Positions 15,001-30,000 of a DNA stretch of 64,000 bases are shown in pieces. The first letter of the stretch is position 1; the number at the start of each line of letters is the position of its first letter. The translations under genes were made by a program, and so were the position numbers. Under the pieces are notes generated by a model. That model was not told where the DNA came from. It was given only the letters and a program-made list of their open reading frames with translations, and searched no databases. Source of the stretch: Lingula anatina (Eukaryota; Animalia; Brachiopoda); the NCBI GenBank assembly GCA_051362555.1, contig CM120643.1:11382644-11446643 (forward strand), read 5' to 3'.

Positions 15001-18000
15001 CGGGCGCGTTTCCACATTTTTTATGAATGACAGGTGTGGTAGATTGATTTTCGTCACTTTTTGGAAAAATCGGAGACGGGTCGATTTTTGGTGATTTTGA
15101 GTGATTTTGAACAGTGCCGGCACTGTGAGATTTCTTCAATTTTGGCCAGGTAGGGATGAAAATTTTTTTTCTTCATTATAGTGTCAGGTAGATGTGTTCG
15201 GTCATTTGTAGTAAGAATAAAGTGCTGGAAGAGTGGTGGTGTCAACATTAAGGAAGAAATAGAGCAAAAACTCTGTCTCTCCCCCCCTCTCAGATTCTGT
15301 TCTCAGAGCTTATTTTTGGATCATCTTTAAAGCTAGAATTGGGGGCCTTGATGAAGTGACCCGGGCGCGTTTCCACATTTTTTATGAATGACAGGTGTGG
15401 TAGATTGATTTTCGTCACTTTTTGGAAAAATCGGAGACGGGTCGATTTTTGGTGATTTTGAGTGATTTTGAACAGTGCCGGCACTGTGAGATTTCTTCAA
15501 TTTTGGCCAGGTAGGGATGAAAATTTTTTTTCTTCATTATAGTGTCAGGTAGGTGTGTTCGGTCAATTGTAGTAAGAATAAAGTGCTGGAAGAGTGGTGG
15601 TGTCAACATTAAGGAAGAAATAGAGCAAAAACTCTGTCTCCCCCCCCTCTCAGATTCTGTTCTCAGAGCTTATTTTTGGATCATCTTTAAAGCTAGAATT
15701 GGGGGCCTTGATGAAGTGACCCGGGCGCGTTTCCACATTTTTTATGAATGACAGGTGTGGTAGATTGATTTTCGTCACTTTTTGGAAAAATCGGAGACGG
15801 GTCGATTTTTGGTGATTTTGAGTGATTTTGAACAGTGCCGGCACTGTGAGATTTCTTCAATTTTGGCCAGGTAGGGATGAAATTTTTTTTTCTTCATTAT
15901 AGTGTCAGGTAGGTGTGTTCGGTCATTTGTAGTAAGAATAAAGTGCTGGAAGAGTGGTGGTGTCAACATTAAGGAAGAAATAGAGCAAAAACTCTGTCTC
16001 CCCCCCCCCCCTCTCAGATTCTGTTCTCAGAGCTTATTTTTGGATCACCTTTAAAGCTAGAATTGGGGGCCTTGATGAAGTGATCCGGGCGCGTTTCCAC
16101 ATTTTTTATGAATGACAGGTGTGGTAGATTGATTTTCGTCACTTTTTGGAAAAATCGGAGACGGGTCGATTTTTGGTGATTTTGAGTGATTTTGAACAGT
16201 GCCGGCACTGTGAGATTTCTTCAATTTTGGCCAGGTAGGGATGAAAATTTTTTTTCTTCATTATAGTGTCAGGTAGATGTGTTCGGTCATTTGTAGTAAG
16301 AATAAAGTGCTGGAAGAGTGGTGGTGTCAACATTAAGGAAGAAATAGAGCAAAAACTCTGTCTCCCCCCCCCCCCTCTCAGATTCTGTTCTCAGAGCTTA
16401 TTTTTGGATCATCTTTAAAGCTAGAATTGGGGGCCTTGATGAAGTGACCCGGGCGCGTTTCCACATTTTTTATGAATGACAGGTGTGGTAGATTGATTTT
16501 CGTCACTTTTTGGAAAAATCGGAGACGGGTCGATTTTTGGTGATTTTGAGTGATTTTGAACAGTGCCGGCACTGTGAGATTTCTTCAATTTTGGCCAGGT
16601 AGGGATGAAAATTTTTTTTCTTCATTATAGTGTCAGGTAGGTGTGTTCGGTCAATTGTAGTAAGAATAAAGTGCTGGAAGAGTGGTGGTGTCAACATTAA
16701 GGAAGAAATAGAGCAAAAACTCTGTCTCCCCCCCCCTCTCAGATTCTGTTCTCAGAGCTTATTTTTGGATCATCTTTAAAGCTAGAATTGGGGGCCTTGA
16801 TGAAGTGACCCGGGCGCGTTTCCACATTTTTTATGAATGACAGGTGTGGTAGATTGATTTTCGTCACTTTTTGGAAAAATCGGAGACGGGTCGATTTTTG
16901 GTGATTTTGAGTGATTTTGAACAGTGCCGGCACTGTGAGATTTCTTCAATTTTGGCCAGGTAGGGATGAAATTTTTTTTTCTTCATTATAGTGTCAGGTA
17001 GGTGTGTTCGGTCATTTGTAGTAAGAATAAAGTGCTGGAAGAGTGGTGGTGTCAACATTAAGGAAGAAATAGAGCAAAAACTCTGTCTCCCCCCCCCCCC
17101 TCTCAGATTCTGTTCTCAGAGCTTATTTTTGGATCACCTTTAAAGCTAGAATTGGGGGCCTTGATGAAGTGATCCGGGCGCGTTTCCACATTTTTTATGA
17201 ATGACAGGTGTGGTAGATTGATTTTCGTCACTTTTTGGAAAAATCGGAGACAGGTCGATTTTTGGTGATTTTGAGTGATTTTGAACAGTGCCGGCACTGT
17301 GAGATTTCTTCAATTTTGGCCAGGTAGGGATGAAAATTTTTTTTCTTCATTATAGTGTCAGGTAGATGTGTTCGGTCATTTGTAGTAAGAATAAAGTGCT
17401 GGAAGAGTGGTGGTGTCAACATTAAGGAAGAAATAGAGCAAAAACTCTGTCTCCCCCCCCCCCCTCTCAGATTCTGTTCTCAGAGCTTATTTTTGGATCA
17501 TCTTTAAAGCTAGAATTGGGGGCCTTGATGAAGTGACCCGGGCGCGTTTCCACATTTTTTATGAATGACAGGTGTGGTAGATTGATTTTCGTCACTTTTT
17601 GGAAAAATCGGAGACGGGTCGATTTTTGGTGATTTTGAGTGATTTTGAACAGTGCCGGCACTGTGAGATTTCTTCAATTTTGGCCAGGTAGGGATGAAAA
17701 TTTTTTTTCTTCATTATAGTGTCAGGTAGGTGTGTTCGGTCATTTGTAGTAAGAATAAAGTGCTGGAAGAGTGGTGGTGTCAACATTAAGGAAGAAATAG
17801 AGCAAAAACTCTGTCTCCCCCCCCCCCTCTCAGATTCTGTTCTCATAGCTTATTTTTGGATCATCTTTAAAGCTAGAATTGGGGGCCTTGATGAAGTGAC
17901 CCGGGCGTGTTTCCACATTTTTTATGAATGACAGGTGTGGTAGATTGATTTTCGTCACTTTTTGGAAAAATCGGAGACGGGTTGATTTTTGGTGATTTTG

Positions 18001-21000
18001 AGTGATTTTGAACAGTGCCGGCACTGTGAGATTTCTTCAATTTTGGCCAGGTAGGGATGAAAATTTTTTTTCTTCATTATAGTGTCAGGTAGATGTTTTC
18101 GGTCATTTGTAGTAAGAATAAAGTGATGGAAGAGTGGTGGTGTCAACATTAAGGAAGAAATAGAGCAAAAACTCTGTCTCCCCCCCCCCCTCTCAGATTC
18201 TGTTCTCAGAGCTTATTTTTGGATCATCTTTAAAGCTAGAATTGGGGGCCTTGATGAAGTGACTCGGGCGCGTTTCCACATTTTTTATGAATGACAGGTG
18301 TGGTAGATTGATTTTCGTCACTTTTTGGAAAAATCGGAGACGGGTCGATTTTTGGTGATTTTGAGTGATTTTGAAAAGTGCCGGCACTGTGAGATTTCTT
18401 CAATTTTGGCCAGGTAGGGATGAAAATTTTTTTTCTTCATTATAGTGTCAGGTAGATGTTTTCGGTCATTTGTAGTAAGAATAAAGTGCTGGAAGAGTGG
18501 TGGTGTCAACATTAAGGAAGAAATAGAGCAAAAACTCTGTCTCCCCCCCCCCCCCTCTCAGATTCTGTTCTCAGAGCTTATTTTTGGATCATCTTTAAAG
18601 CTAGAATTGGGGGCCTTGATGAAGTGACCCGGGCGCGTTTCCACATTTTTTATGAATGACAGGTGTGGTAGATTGATTTTCGTCACTTTTTGGAAAAATC
18701 GGAGACGGGTCGATTTTTGGTGATTTTGAGTGATTTTGAACAGTGCCGGCACTGTGAGATTTCTTCAATTTTGGCCAGGTAGGGATGAAAATTTTTTTTC
18801 TTCATTATAGTGTCAGGTAGATGTGTTCGGTCATTTGTAGTAAGAATAAAGTGCTGGAAGAGTGGTGGTGTCAACATTAAGGAAGAAATAGAGCAAAAAC
18901 TCTGTCTCCCCCCCCTCTCAATTTCTGTTCTCAGAGCTTATTTTTGGATCATCTTTAAAGCTAGAATTGGGGGCCTTGATGAAGTGACCCGGGCGCGTTT
19001 CCACATTTTTTATGAATGACAGGTGTGGTAGATTGATTTTCGTCACTTTTTGGAAAAATCGGAGACGGGTTGATTTTTGGTGATTTTGAGTGATTTTGAA
19101 CAGTGCCGGCACTGTGAGATTTCTTCAATTTTGGCCAGGTAGGGATGAAAATTTTTTTTCTTCATTATAGTGTCAGGTAGATGTGTTCGGTCATTTGTAG
19201 TAAGAATAAAGTGCTGGAAGAGTGGTGGTGTCAACATTAAGGAAGAAATAGAGCAAAAACTCTGTCTCCCCCCCCTCTCAGATTCTGTTCTCAGAGCTTA
19301 TTTTTGGATCATCTTTAAAGCTAGAATTGGGGGCCTTGATGAAGTGACCCGGGCGCGTTTCCACATTTTTTATGAATGACAGGTGTGGTAGATTGATTTT
19401 CGTCACTTTTTGGAAAAATCGGAGACGGGTCGATTTTTGGTGATTTTGAGTGATTTTGAACAGTGCCGGCACTGTGAGATTTCTTCAATTTTGGCCAGGT
19501 AGGGATGAAAATTTTTTTTCTTCATTATAGTGTCAGGTAGGTGTGTTCGGTCATTTGTAGTAAGAATAAAGTGCTGGAAGAGTGGTGGTGTCAACATTAA
19601 GGAAGAAATAGAGCAAAAACTCTGTCTCCCCCCCCTCTCAGATTCTGTTCTCAGAGCTTATTTTTGGATCATCTTTAAAGCTAGAATTGGGGGCCTTGAT
19701 GAAGTGACTCGGGCGCGTTTCCACATTTTTTATGAATGACAGGTGTGGTAGATTGATTTTCGTCACTTTTTGGAAAAATCGGAGACGGGTCGATTTTTGG
19801 TGATTTTGAGTGATTTTGAACAGTGCCGGCACTGTGAGATTTCTTCAATTTTGGCCAGGTAGGGATGAAAATTTTTTTTCTTCATTATAGTGTCAGGTAG
19901 ATGTTTTCGGTCATTTGTAGTAAGAATAAAGTGCTGGAAGAGTGGTGGTGTCAACATTAAGGAAGAAATAGAGCAAAAACTCTGTCTCCCCCCCCTCTCA
20001 GATTCTGTTCTCAGAGCTTATTTTTGGATCATCTTTAAAGCTAGAATTGGGGGCCTTGATGAAGTGACCCGGGCGCGTTTCCACATTTTTTATGAATGAC
20101 AGGTGTGGTAGATTGATTTTCGTCACTTTTTGGAAAAATCGGAGACGGGTCGATTTTTGGTGATTTTGAGTGATTTTGAACAGTGCCGGCACTGTGAGAT
20201 TTCTTCAATTTTGGCCAGGTAGGGATGAAAATTTTTTTTCTTCATTATAGTGTCAGGTAGGTGTGTTCGGTTATTTGTAGTAAGAATAAAGTGCTGGAAG
20301 AGTGGTTGTGTCAACATTAAGGAAGAAATAGAGCAAAAACTCTGTCTCCGCCCCCCTCTCAGATTCTGTTCTCAGAGCTTATTTTTGGATCATCTTTAAA
20401 GCTAGAATTGGGGGCCTTGATGAAGTGACCCGGGCGCATTTCCACATTTTTTATGAATGACAGGTGTGGTAGATTGATTTTCGTCACTTTTTGGAAAAAT
20501 CGGAGACGGGTCGATTTTTGGTGATTTTGAGTGATTTTGAACAGTGCCGGCACTGTGAGATTTCTTCAATTTTGGCCAGGTAGGGATGAAAATTTTTTTT
20601 CTTCATTATAGTGTCAGGTAGATGTGTTCGGTCATTTGTAGTAAGAATAAAGTGCTGGAAGAGTGGTGGTGTCAACATTAAGGAAGAAATAGAGCAAAAA
20701 CTCTGTCTCCCCCCCCTCTCAGATTCTGTTCTCAGAGCTTATTTTTGGATCATCTTTAAAGCTAGAATTGGGGGCCTTGATGAAGTGACTCGGGCGCGTT
20801 TCCACATTTTTTATGAATGACAGGTGTGGTAGATTGATTTTCGTCACTTTTTGGAAAAATCGGAGACGGGTCGATTTTTGGTGATTTTGAGTGATTTTGA
20901 ACAGTGCCGGCACTGTGAGATTTCTTCAATTTTGGCCAGGTAGGGATGAAAATTTTTTTTCTTCATTATAGTGTCAGGTAGATGTTTTCGGTCATTTGTA

Positions 21001-24000
21001 GTAAGAATAAAGTGCTGGAAGAGTGGTGGTGTCAACATTAAGGAAGAAATAGAGCAAAAACTCTGTCTCCCCCCCCTCTCAGATTCTGTTCTCAGAGCTT
21101 ATTTTTGGATCATCTTTAAAGCTAGAATTGGGGGCCTTGATGAAGTGACCTGGGCGCGTTTCCACATTTTTTATGAATGACAGGTGTGGTAGATTGATTT
21201 TCGTCACTTTTTGGAAAAATCGGAGACGGGTCGATTTTTGGTGATTTTGAGTGATTTTGAACAGTGCCGGCACTGTGAGATTTCTTCAATTTTGGCCAGG
21301 TAGGGATGAAAATTTTTTTTCTTCATTATAGTGTCAGGTATATGTGTTCGGTCATTTGTAGTAAGAATAAAGTGCTGGAAGAGTGGTGGTGTCAACATTA
21401 AGGAAGAAATAGAGCAAAAACTCTGTCTCTCCCCCCTCTCAGATTCTGTTCTCAGAGCTTATTTTTGGATCATCTTTAAAGCTAGAATTGGGGGCCTTGA
21501 TGAAGTGACCCGGGCGCGTTTCCACATTTTTTATGAATGACAGGTGTGGTAGATTGATTTTCGTCACTTTTTGGAAAAATCGGAGACGGGTCGATTTTTG
21601 GTGATTTTGAGTGATTTTGAACAGTGCCGGCACTGTGAGATTTCTTCAATTTTGGACAGGTAGGGATGAAAATTTTTTTTCTTCATTATAGTGTCAGGTA
21701 GATGTTTTCGGTCATTTGTAGTAAGAATAAAGTGCTGGAAGAGTGGTGGTGTCAACATTAAGGAAGAAATAGAGCAAAAACTCTGTCTCCCCCCCCTCTC
21801 AGATTCTGTTCTCAGAGCTTATTTTTGGATCATCTTTAAAGCTAGAATTGGGGGCCTTGATGAAGTGACCTGGGCGCGTTTCCACATTTTTTATGAATGA
21901 CAGGTGTGGTAGATTGATTTTCGTCACTTTTTGGAAAAATCGGAGACGGGTCGATTTTTGGTGATTTTGAGTGATTTTGAACAGTGCCGGCACTGTGAGA
22001 TTTCTTCAATTTTGGCCAGGTAGGGATGAAAATTTTTTTTCTTCATTATAGTGTCAGGTAGATGTGTTCGGTCATTTGTAGTAAGAATAAAGTGCTGGAA
22101 GAGTGGTGGTGTCAACATTAAGGAAGAAATAGAGCAAATACTCTGTCTCTCCCCCCCCCCTCTCAGATTCTGTTCTCAGAGCTTATTTTTGGATCATCTT
22201 TAAAGCTAGAATTGGGGGCCTTGATGAAGTGACCCGGGCGCGTTTCCACATTTTTTTATGAATGACAGGTGTGGTAGATTGATTTTCGTCACTTTTTGGA
22301 AAAATCGGAGACGGGTCGATTTTTGGTGATTTTGAGTGATTTTCAACAGTGCCGGCACTGTGAGATTTCTTCAATTTTGGCCAGGTAGGGATGAAAATTT
22401 TTTTTCTTCATTATAGTGTCAGGTAGGTGTGTTCGGTCATTTGTAGTAAGAATAAAGTGCTGGAAGAGTGGTGGTGTCAACATTAAGGAAGAAATAGAGC
22501 AAAAACTCTGTCTCCCCCCCCCCTCTCAGATTCTGTTCTCAGAGCTTATTTTTGGATCATCTTTAAAGCTAGAATTGGGGGCCTTGATGAAGTGACCCGG
22601 GCGCGTTTCCACATTTTTTATGAATGACACTTGTGGTAGATTGATTTTTGTCACTTTTTGGAAAAATCGGAGACGGGTCGATTTTTGGTGATTTTGAGTG
22701 ATTTTGAACAGTGCCGGCACTGTGAGATTTCTTCAAATTTGGCCAGGTAGGGATGAAAATTTTTTTTCTTCATTATAGTGTCAGGTAGGTGTGTTCGGTC
22801 ATTTGTAGTAAGAATAAAGTGCTGGAAGAGTGGTGGTGTCAACATTAAGGAAGAAATAGAGCAAAAACTCTGTCTCCCCCCCCCCTCTCAGATTCTGTTC
22901 TCAGAGCTTATTTTTGGATCATCTTTAAAGCTAGAATTGGGGGCCTTGATGAAGTGACCCGGGCGCGTTTCCACATTTTTTATGAATGACAGGTGTGGTA
23001 GATTGATTTTTGTCACTTTTTGGAAAAATCGGAGATTTTTGGTGATTTTGAGTGATTTTGAACAGTGCCGGCACTGTGAGATTTCTTCAATTTTGGCCAG
23101 GTAGGGATGAAAATTTTTTTTCTTCATTATAGTGTCAGGTAGGTGTGTTCGGTCATTTGTAGTAAGAATAAAGTGCTGGAAGAGTGGTGGTGTCAACATT
23201 AAGGAAGAAATAGAGCAAAAACTCTGTCTCCCCCCCCCTCTCTGATTCTGTTCTCAGAGCTTATTTTTGGATCATCTTTAAAGCTAGAATTGGGGGCCTT
23301 GATGAAGTTACCCGGGCGCGTTTCCACATTTTTTATGAATGACAGGTGTGGTAGATTGATTTTCGTCACTTTTTGGAAAAATCGGAGACGGGTCGATTTT
23401 TGGTGATTTTGAGTGATTTTGAAAAGTGCCGGCACTGTGAGATTTCTTCAAATTTGGCCAGGTAGGGATGAAAATTTTTTTTCTTCATTGTAGTGTCAGG
23501 TAGGTGTGTTCGGTCATTTGTAGTAAGAATAAAGTGCTGGAAGAGTGGTGGTTTCAACATTAAGGAAGAAATAGAGCAAAAACTCTGTCTCCCCCCCCCT
23601 CTCACATTCTGTTCTCAGAGCTTATTTTTGGATCATCTTTAAAGCTAGAATTGGGGGCCTTGATGAAGTGACCCGGGCGCGTTTCCACATTTTTTATGAA
23701 TGACAGGTGTGGTAGATTGATTTTCGTCACTTTTTGGAAAAATCGGAGACGGGTCGATTTTTGGTGATTTTGAGTGATTTTGAACAGTGCCGGCACTGTG
23801 AGATTTCTTCAATTTTGGCCAGGTAGGGATGAAAATTTTTTTTCTTCATTATAGTGTCAGGTAGGTGTGTTCGGTCATTTGTAGTAAGAATAAAGTGCTG
23901 GAAGAGTGGTGGTGTCAACATTAAGGAAGAAATAAAGCAAAAACTCTGTCTCCCCCCCCTCTCAGATTCTGTTCTCAGAGCTTATTTTTGGATCATCTTT

Positions 24001-27000
24001 AAAGCTAGAATTGGGGGCCTTGATGAAGTGACCCGGGCGCGTTTCCACATTTTTTATGAATGACAGGTGTGGTAGATTGATTTTCGTCACTTTTTGGAAA
24101 ATCGGAGACGGGTCGATTTTTGGTGATTTTGAGTGATTTTGAACAGTGCCGGCACTGTGAGATTTCTTCAATTTTGGCCAGGTAGGGATGAAAATTTTTT
24201 TTCTTCATTATAGTGTCAGGTAGATGTGTTCGGTCATTTGTAGTAAGAATAAAGTGCTGGAAGAGTGGTGGTGTCAACATTAAGGAAGAAATAGAGCAAA
24301 AACTCTGTCTCCCCCCCCCATCTCAGATTCTGTTCTCAGAGCTTATTTTTGGATCATCTTTAAAGCTAGAATTGGGGGCCTTGATGAAGTTACCCGGGCG
24401 CGTTTCCACATTTTTTATGAATGACAGGTGTGGTAGATTGATTTTCGTCACTTTTTGGAAAAATCGGAGACGGGTCGATTTTTGGTGATTTTGAGTGATT
24501 TTGAACAGTGCCGGCACTGTGAGATTTCTTCAATTTTGGCCAGGTAGGGATGAAAATTTTTTTTCTTCATTATAGTGTCAGGTAGGTGTGTTCGGTCATT
24601 TGTAGTAAGAATAAAGTGCTGGAAGAGTGGTGGTGTCAACATTAAGGAAGAAATAGAGCAAAAACTCTGTCTCCCCCCCCCCTCTCAGATTCTGTTCTCA
24701 GAGCTTATTTTTGGATCATCTTTAAAGCTAGAATTGGGGGCCTTGATGAAGTGACCCGGGCGCGTTTCCACATTTTTTATGAATGACAGGTGTGGTAGAT
24801 TGATTTTCGTCACTTTTTGGAAAAATCGGAGACGGGTCGATTTTTGGTGATTTTGAGTGATTTTCAACAGTGCCGGCACTGTGAGATTTCTTCAATTTTG
24901 GCCAGGTAGGGATGAAAATTTTTTTTCTTCATTATAGTGTCAGGTAGGTGTGTTCGGTCATTTGTAGTAAGAATAAAGTGCTGGAAGAGTGGTGGTGTCA
25001 ACATTAAGGAAGAAATAGAGCAAAAACTCTGTCTCCCCCCCCCTCTCAGATTCTGTTCTCAGAGCTTATTTTTGGATCATCTTTAAAGCTAGAATTGGGG
25101 GCCTTGATGAAGTGACCCGGGCGCGTTTCCACATTTTTTATGAATGACAGGTGTGGTAGATTGATTTTCGTCACTTTTTGGAAAAATCGGAGACGGGTCG
25201 ATTTTTGGTGATTTTGAGTGATTTTGAACAGTGCCGGCACTGTGAGATTTCTTCAATTTTGGCCAGGTAGGGATGAAAATTTTTTTTCTTCATTATAGTG
25301 TCAGGTAGGTGTGTTCGGTCATTTGTAGTAAGAATAAAGTGCTGGAAGAGTTGTGGTGTCAACATTAAGGAAGAAATAGAGCAAAAACTCTGTCTCCCCC
25401 CCCCCCCCCTCTCAGATTCTGTTCTCAGAGCTTATTTTTGGATCATCTTTAAAGCTAGAATTGGGGGCCTTGATGAAGTGACCCGGGCGCGTTTCCACAT
25501 TTTTTATGAATGACAGGTGTGGTAGATTGATTTTCGTCACTTTTTGGAAAAATCGGAGAAGGGTCGATTTTTGGTGATTTTGAGTGATTTTGAACGGTGC
25601 CGGCACTGTGAGATTTCTTCAATTTTGGCCAGGTAGGGATGAAAATTTTTTTTCTTCATTATAGTGTCAGGTAGGTGTGTTCGGTCATTTGTAGTAAGAA
25701 TAAAGTGCTGGAAGAGTGGTGGTGTCAACATTAAGGAAGAAATAGAGCAAAAACTCTGTCTCCCCCCCCCCCCCCCTCTCAGATTCTGTTCTCAGAGCTT
25801 ATTTTTGGATCATCTTTAAAGCTAGAATTGGGGGCCTTGATGAACTGACCCGGGCGCGTTTCCACATTTTTTATGAATCACAGGTGTGGTAGATTGATTT
25901 TCGTCACTTTTTGGAAAAATCGGAGAAGGGTCGATTTTTGGTGATTTTGAGTGATTTTGAACAGTGCCAGCACTGTGAGATTTCTTCAATTTTGGCCAGG
26001 TAGGGATGAAATTTTTTTTTCTTCATTATAGTGTCAGGTAGGTGTGTTCAGTCATTTGTAGTAAGAATAAAGTGCTGGAAGAGTGTTGGTGTCAACATTA
26101 AGAAAGAAATAGAGCAAAAATTCTGTCTCCCCCCCCCTCTCAGATTCTGTTCTCAGAGCTTATTTTTGGATCATCTTTAAAGCTAGAATTGGGGGCCTTG
26201 ATGAAGTGACCCGGGCGCGTTTCCACATTTTTTATGAATGACAGGTGTGGTAGATTGATTTTCGTCACTTTTTGGAAAAATCGGAGAAGGGTCGATTTTT
26301 GGTGATTTTGAGTGATTTTGAACAGTGCCGGCACTGTGAGATTTCTTCAATTTTGGCCAGGTAGGGATGAAAATTTTTTTTCTTCATTATAGTGTCAGGT
26401 AGGTGTGTTCGGTCATTTGTAGTAAGAATAAAGTGCTGGAAGAGTGGTGGTGTCAACATTAAGGAAGAAATAGAGCAAAAACTCTGTCTCCCCCCCCCCC
26501 CTCTCAGATTCTGTTCTCAGAGCTTATTTTTGGATCATCTTTAAAGCTAGAATTGGGGGCCTTGATGAACTGACCCGGGCGCGTTTCCACATTTTTTATG
26601 AATCACAGGTGTGGTAGATTGATTTTCGTCACTTTTTGGAAAAATCGGAGAAGGGTCGATTTTTGGTGATTTTGAGTGATTTTGAACAGTGCCAGCACTG
26701 TGAGATTTCTTCAATTTTGGCCAGGTAGGGATGAAATTTTTTTTTCTTCATTATAGTGTCAGGTAGGTGTGTTCGGTCATTTGTAGTAAGAATAAAGTGC
26801 TGGAAGAGTGTTGGTGTCAACATTAAGAAAGAAATAGAGCAAAAATTCTGTCTCCCCCCCCTCTCAGATTCTGTTCTCAGAGCTTATTTTTGGATCATCT
26901 TTAAAGCTAGAATTGGGGGCCTTGATGAAGTGACCCGGGCGCGTTTCCACATTTTTTATGAATGACAGGTGTGGTAGATTGATTTTCGTCACTTTTTGGA

Positions 27001-30000
27001 AAAATCGGAGACGGGTCGATTTTTGGTGATTTTGAGTGATTTTGAACAGTGCCCGCACTGTGAGATTTCTTCAATTTTGGCCAGGTAGGGATAAAATTTT
27101 TTTTTCTTCATTATAGTGTCAGGTAGGTGTGTTCGGTCATTTGTAGTAAGAATAAAGTGCTGGAAGAGTGGTGGTGTCAACATTAAGGAAGAAATAGAGC
27201 AAAAACTCTGTCTCCCCCCCCCCCCCTCTCAGATTCTGTTCTCAGAGCTTATTTTTGGATCATCTTTAAAGCTAGAATTGGGGACCTTGATGAAGTGACC
27301 CGGGCGCGTTTCCACATTTTTTATGAATGACAGGTGTGGTAGATTGATTTTCGTCACTTTTTGGAAAAATCAAAGACGGGTCGATTTTTGGTGATTTTGA
27401 GTGATTTTGAACAGTGCCGGCACTGTGAGATTTCTTCAATTTTGGTCAGGTAGGGATGAAAATTTTTTTTCTTCATTATAGTGTCAGGTAGGTGTGTTCA
27501 GTCATTTGTAGTAAGAATAAAGTGCTGGAAGAGTGGTGGTGTCAACATTAAGGAAGAAATAGAGCAAAAACTCTGTCTCCCCCCCCCTCTCAGATTCTGT
27601 TCTCAGAGCTTATTTTTGGATCATCTTTAAAGCTAGAATTGGGGGCCTTGATGAAGTGACCCGGGCGCGTTTCCACATTTTTTATGAATGACAGGTGTGG
27701 TAGATTGATTTTCGTCACTTTTTGGAAAAATCGGAGAAGGGTCGATTTTTGGTGATTTTGAGTGATTTTGAACAGTGCCGGCACTGTGAGATTTCTTCAA
27801 TTTTGGCCAGGTAGGGATGAAAATTTTTTTTCTTCATTATAGTGTCAGGTAGGTGTGTTCGGTCATTTGTAGTAAGAATAAAGTGCTGGAAGAGTGGTGG
27901 TGTCAACATTAAGGAAGAAATAGAGCAAAAACTCTGTCTCCCCCCCCCCCCCTCTCAGATTCTGTTCTCAGAGCTTATTTTTGGATCATCTTTAAAGCTA
28001 GAATTGGGGGCCTTGATGAACTGACCCGGGCGCGTTTCCACATTTTTTATGAATCACAGGTGTGGTAGATTGATTTTCGTCACTTTTTGGAAAAATCGGA
28101 GAAGGGTCGATTTTTGGTGATTTTGAGTGATTTTGAACAGTGCCAGCACTGTGAGATTTCTTCAATTTTGGCCAGGTAGGGATGAAATTTTTTTTTCTTC
28201 ATTATAGTGTCAGGTAGGTGTGTTCAGTCATTTGTAGTAAGAATAAAGTGCTGGAAGAGTGTTGGTGTCAACATTAAGAAAGAAATAGAGCAAAAATTCT
28301 GTCTCCCCCCCCTCTCAGATTCTGTTCTCAGAGCTTATTTTTGGATCATCTTTAAAGCTAGAATTGGGGGCCTTGATGAAGTGACCCGGGCGCGTTTCCA
28401 CATTTTTTATGAATGACAGGTGTGGTAGATTGATTTTCGTCACTTTTTGGAAAAATCAGAGACGGGTCGATTTTTGGTGATTTTGAGTGATTTTGAACAG
28501 TGCCGGCACTGTGAGATTTCTTCAATTTTGGCCAGGTAGGGATGAAAAATTTTTTTCTTCATTATAGTGTCAGGTAGGTTTGTTCGGTCATTTGTAGTAA
28601 GAATAAAGTGCTGGAAGAGTGGTGGTGTCAACATTAAGGAAGAAATAGAGCAAAAACTCTGTCTCCCCCCCCCCCCCCCCTCTCAGATTCTGTTCTCAGA
28701 GCTTATTTTTGGATCATCTTTAAAGCTAGAATTGGGGGCCTTGATGAAGTGACCCGGGCGCGTTTCCACATTTTTTATGAATGACAGGTGTGGTAGATTG
28801 ATTTTCGTCACTTTTTGGAAAAATCGGAGACGGGTCGATTTTTGGTGCTTTTCAGTGATTTTGAACAGTGCCGGCACTGTGAGATTTCTTCAATTTTGGC
28901 CACGTAGGGATGAAAATTTTTTTTCTTCATTATAGTGTCAGGTAGGTGTGTTCGGTCATTTGTAGTAAGAATAAAGTGCTGGAAGAGTGGTGGTGTCAAC
29001 ATTAAGGAAGAAATAGAGCAAAAACTCTGTCTCCCCCCCCCTCTCAGATTCTGTTCTCAAAGCTTATTTTTGGATCATTTTTAAAGCTAGAATTGGGGGC
29101 CTTGATGAAGTGACCCGGGCGCGTTTCCACATATTTTATGAATGACAGGTGTGGTAGATTGATTTTCGTCACTTTTTGGAAAAATCAGAGACGGGTCGAT
29201 TTTTGGTGATTTTGAGTGATTTGAACAGTGCCGGCACTGTGAGATTTCTTCAATTTTGGCCAGGTATGGATGAAAATTTTTTTTCTTCATTATAGTGTCA
29301 GGTAAGTGTGTTCGGTCATTTGTAGTAAGAATAAAGTGCTGGAAGAGTGGTAGTGTCAACATTAAGGAAGAAATAGAGCAAAAACTCTGTCTCCCCCCCC
29401 CCCCCCCTCTCAGATTCTGTTCTCAGAGCTTATTTTTGGATCATTTTTAAAGCTAGAATTGGGGGCCTTGATGAAGTGACCCGGGCGCGTTTCCACATTT
29501 TTTATGAATGACAGGTGTGGTAGATTGATTTTCGTCACTTTTTGGAAAAATCGGAGACGGGTCGATTTTTGGTGATTTTGAGTGATTTTGAACAGTGCCG
29601 GCACTGTGAGATTTCTTCAATTTTGGCCAGGTAGGGATGAAAATTTTTTTTCTTCATTATAGTGTCAGGTAGGTGTGTTCGGTCATTTGTAGTAAGAATA
29701 AAGTGCTGGAAGAGTGGTGGTGTCAACATTAAGGAAGAAATAGAGCAAAAACTCTGTCTCCCCCCCCTCTCAGATTCTTTTCTCAGAGCTTATTTTTGGA
29801 TCAACTTTAAAGCTAGAATTGGGGGCATTGATGAAGTGACCCGGGCGCGTTTCCACATTTTTTATGAATGACAGGTGTGGTAGATTGATTTTCGTCACTT
29901 TTTGGAAAAATCGGAGACGGGTCGTTTTTTGGTGATTTTCAGTGATTTTGAACAGTGCCGGCACTGTGAGATTTCTTCAATTTTGGCCAGGTAGGGATGA

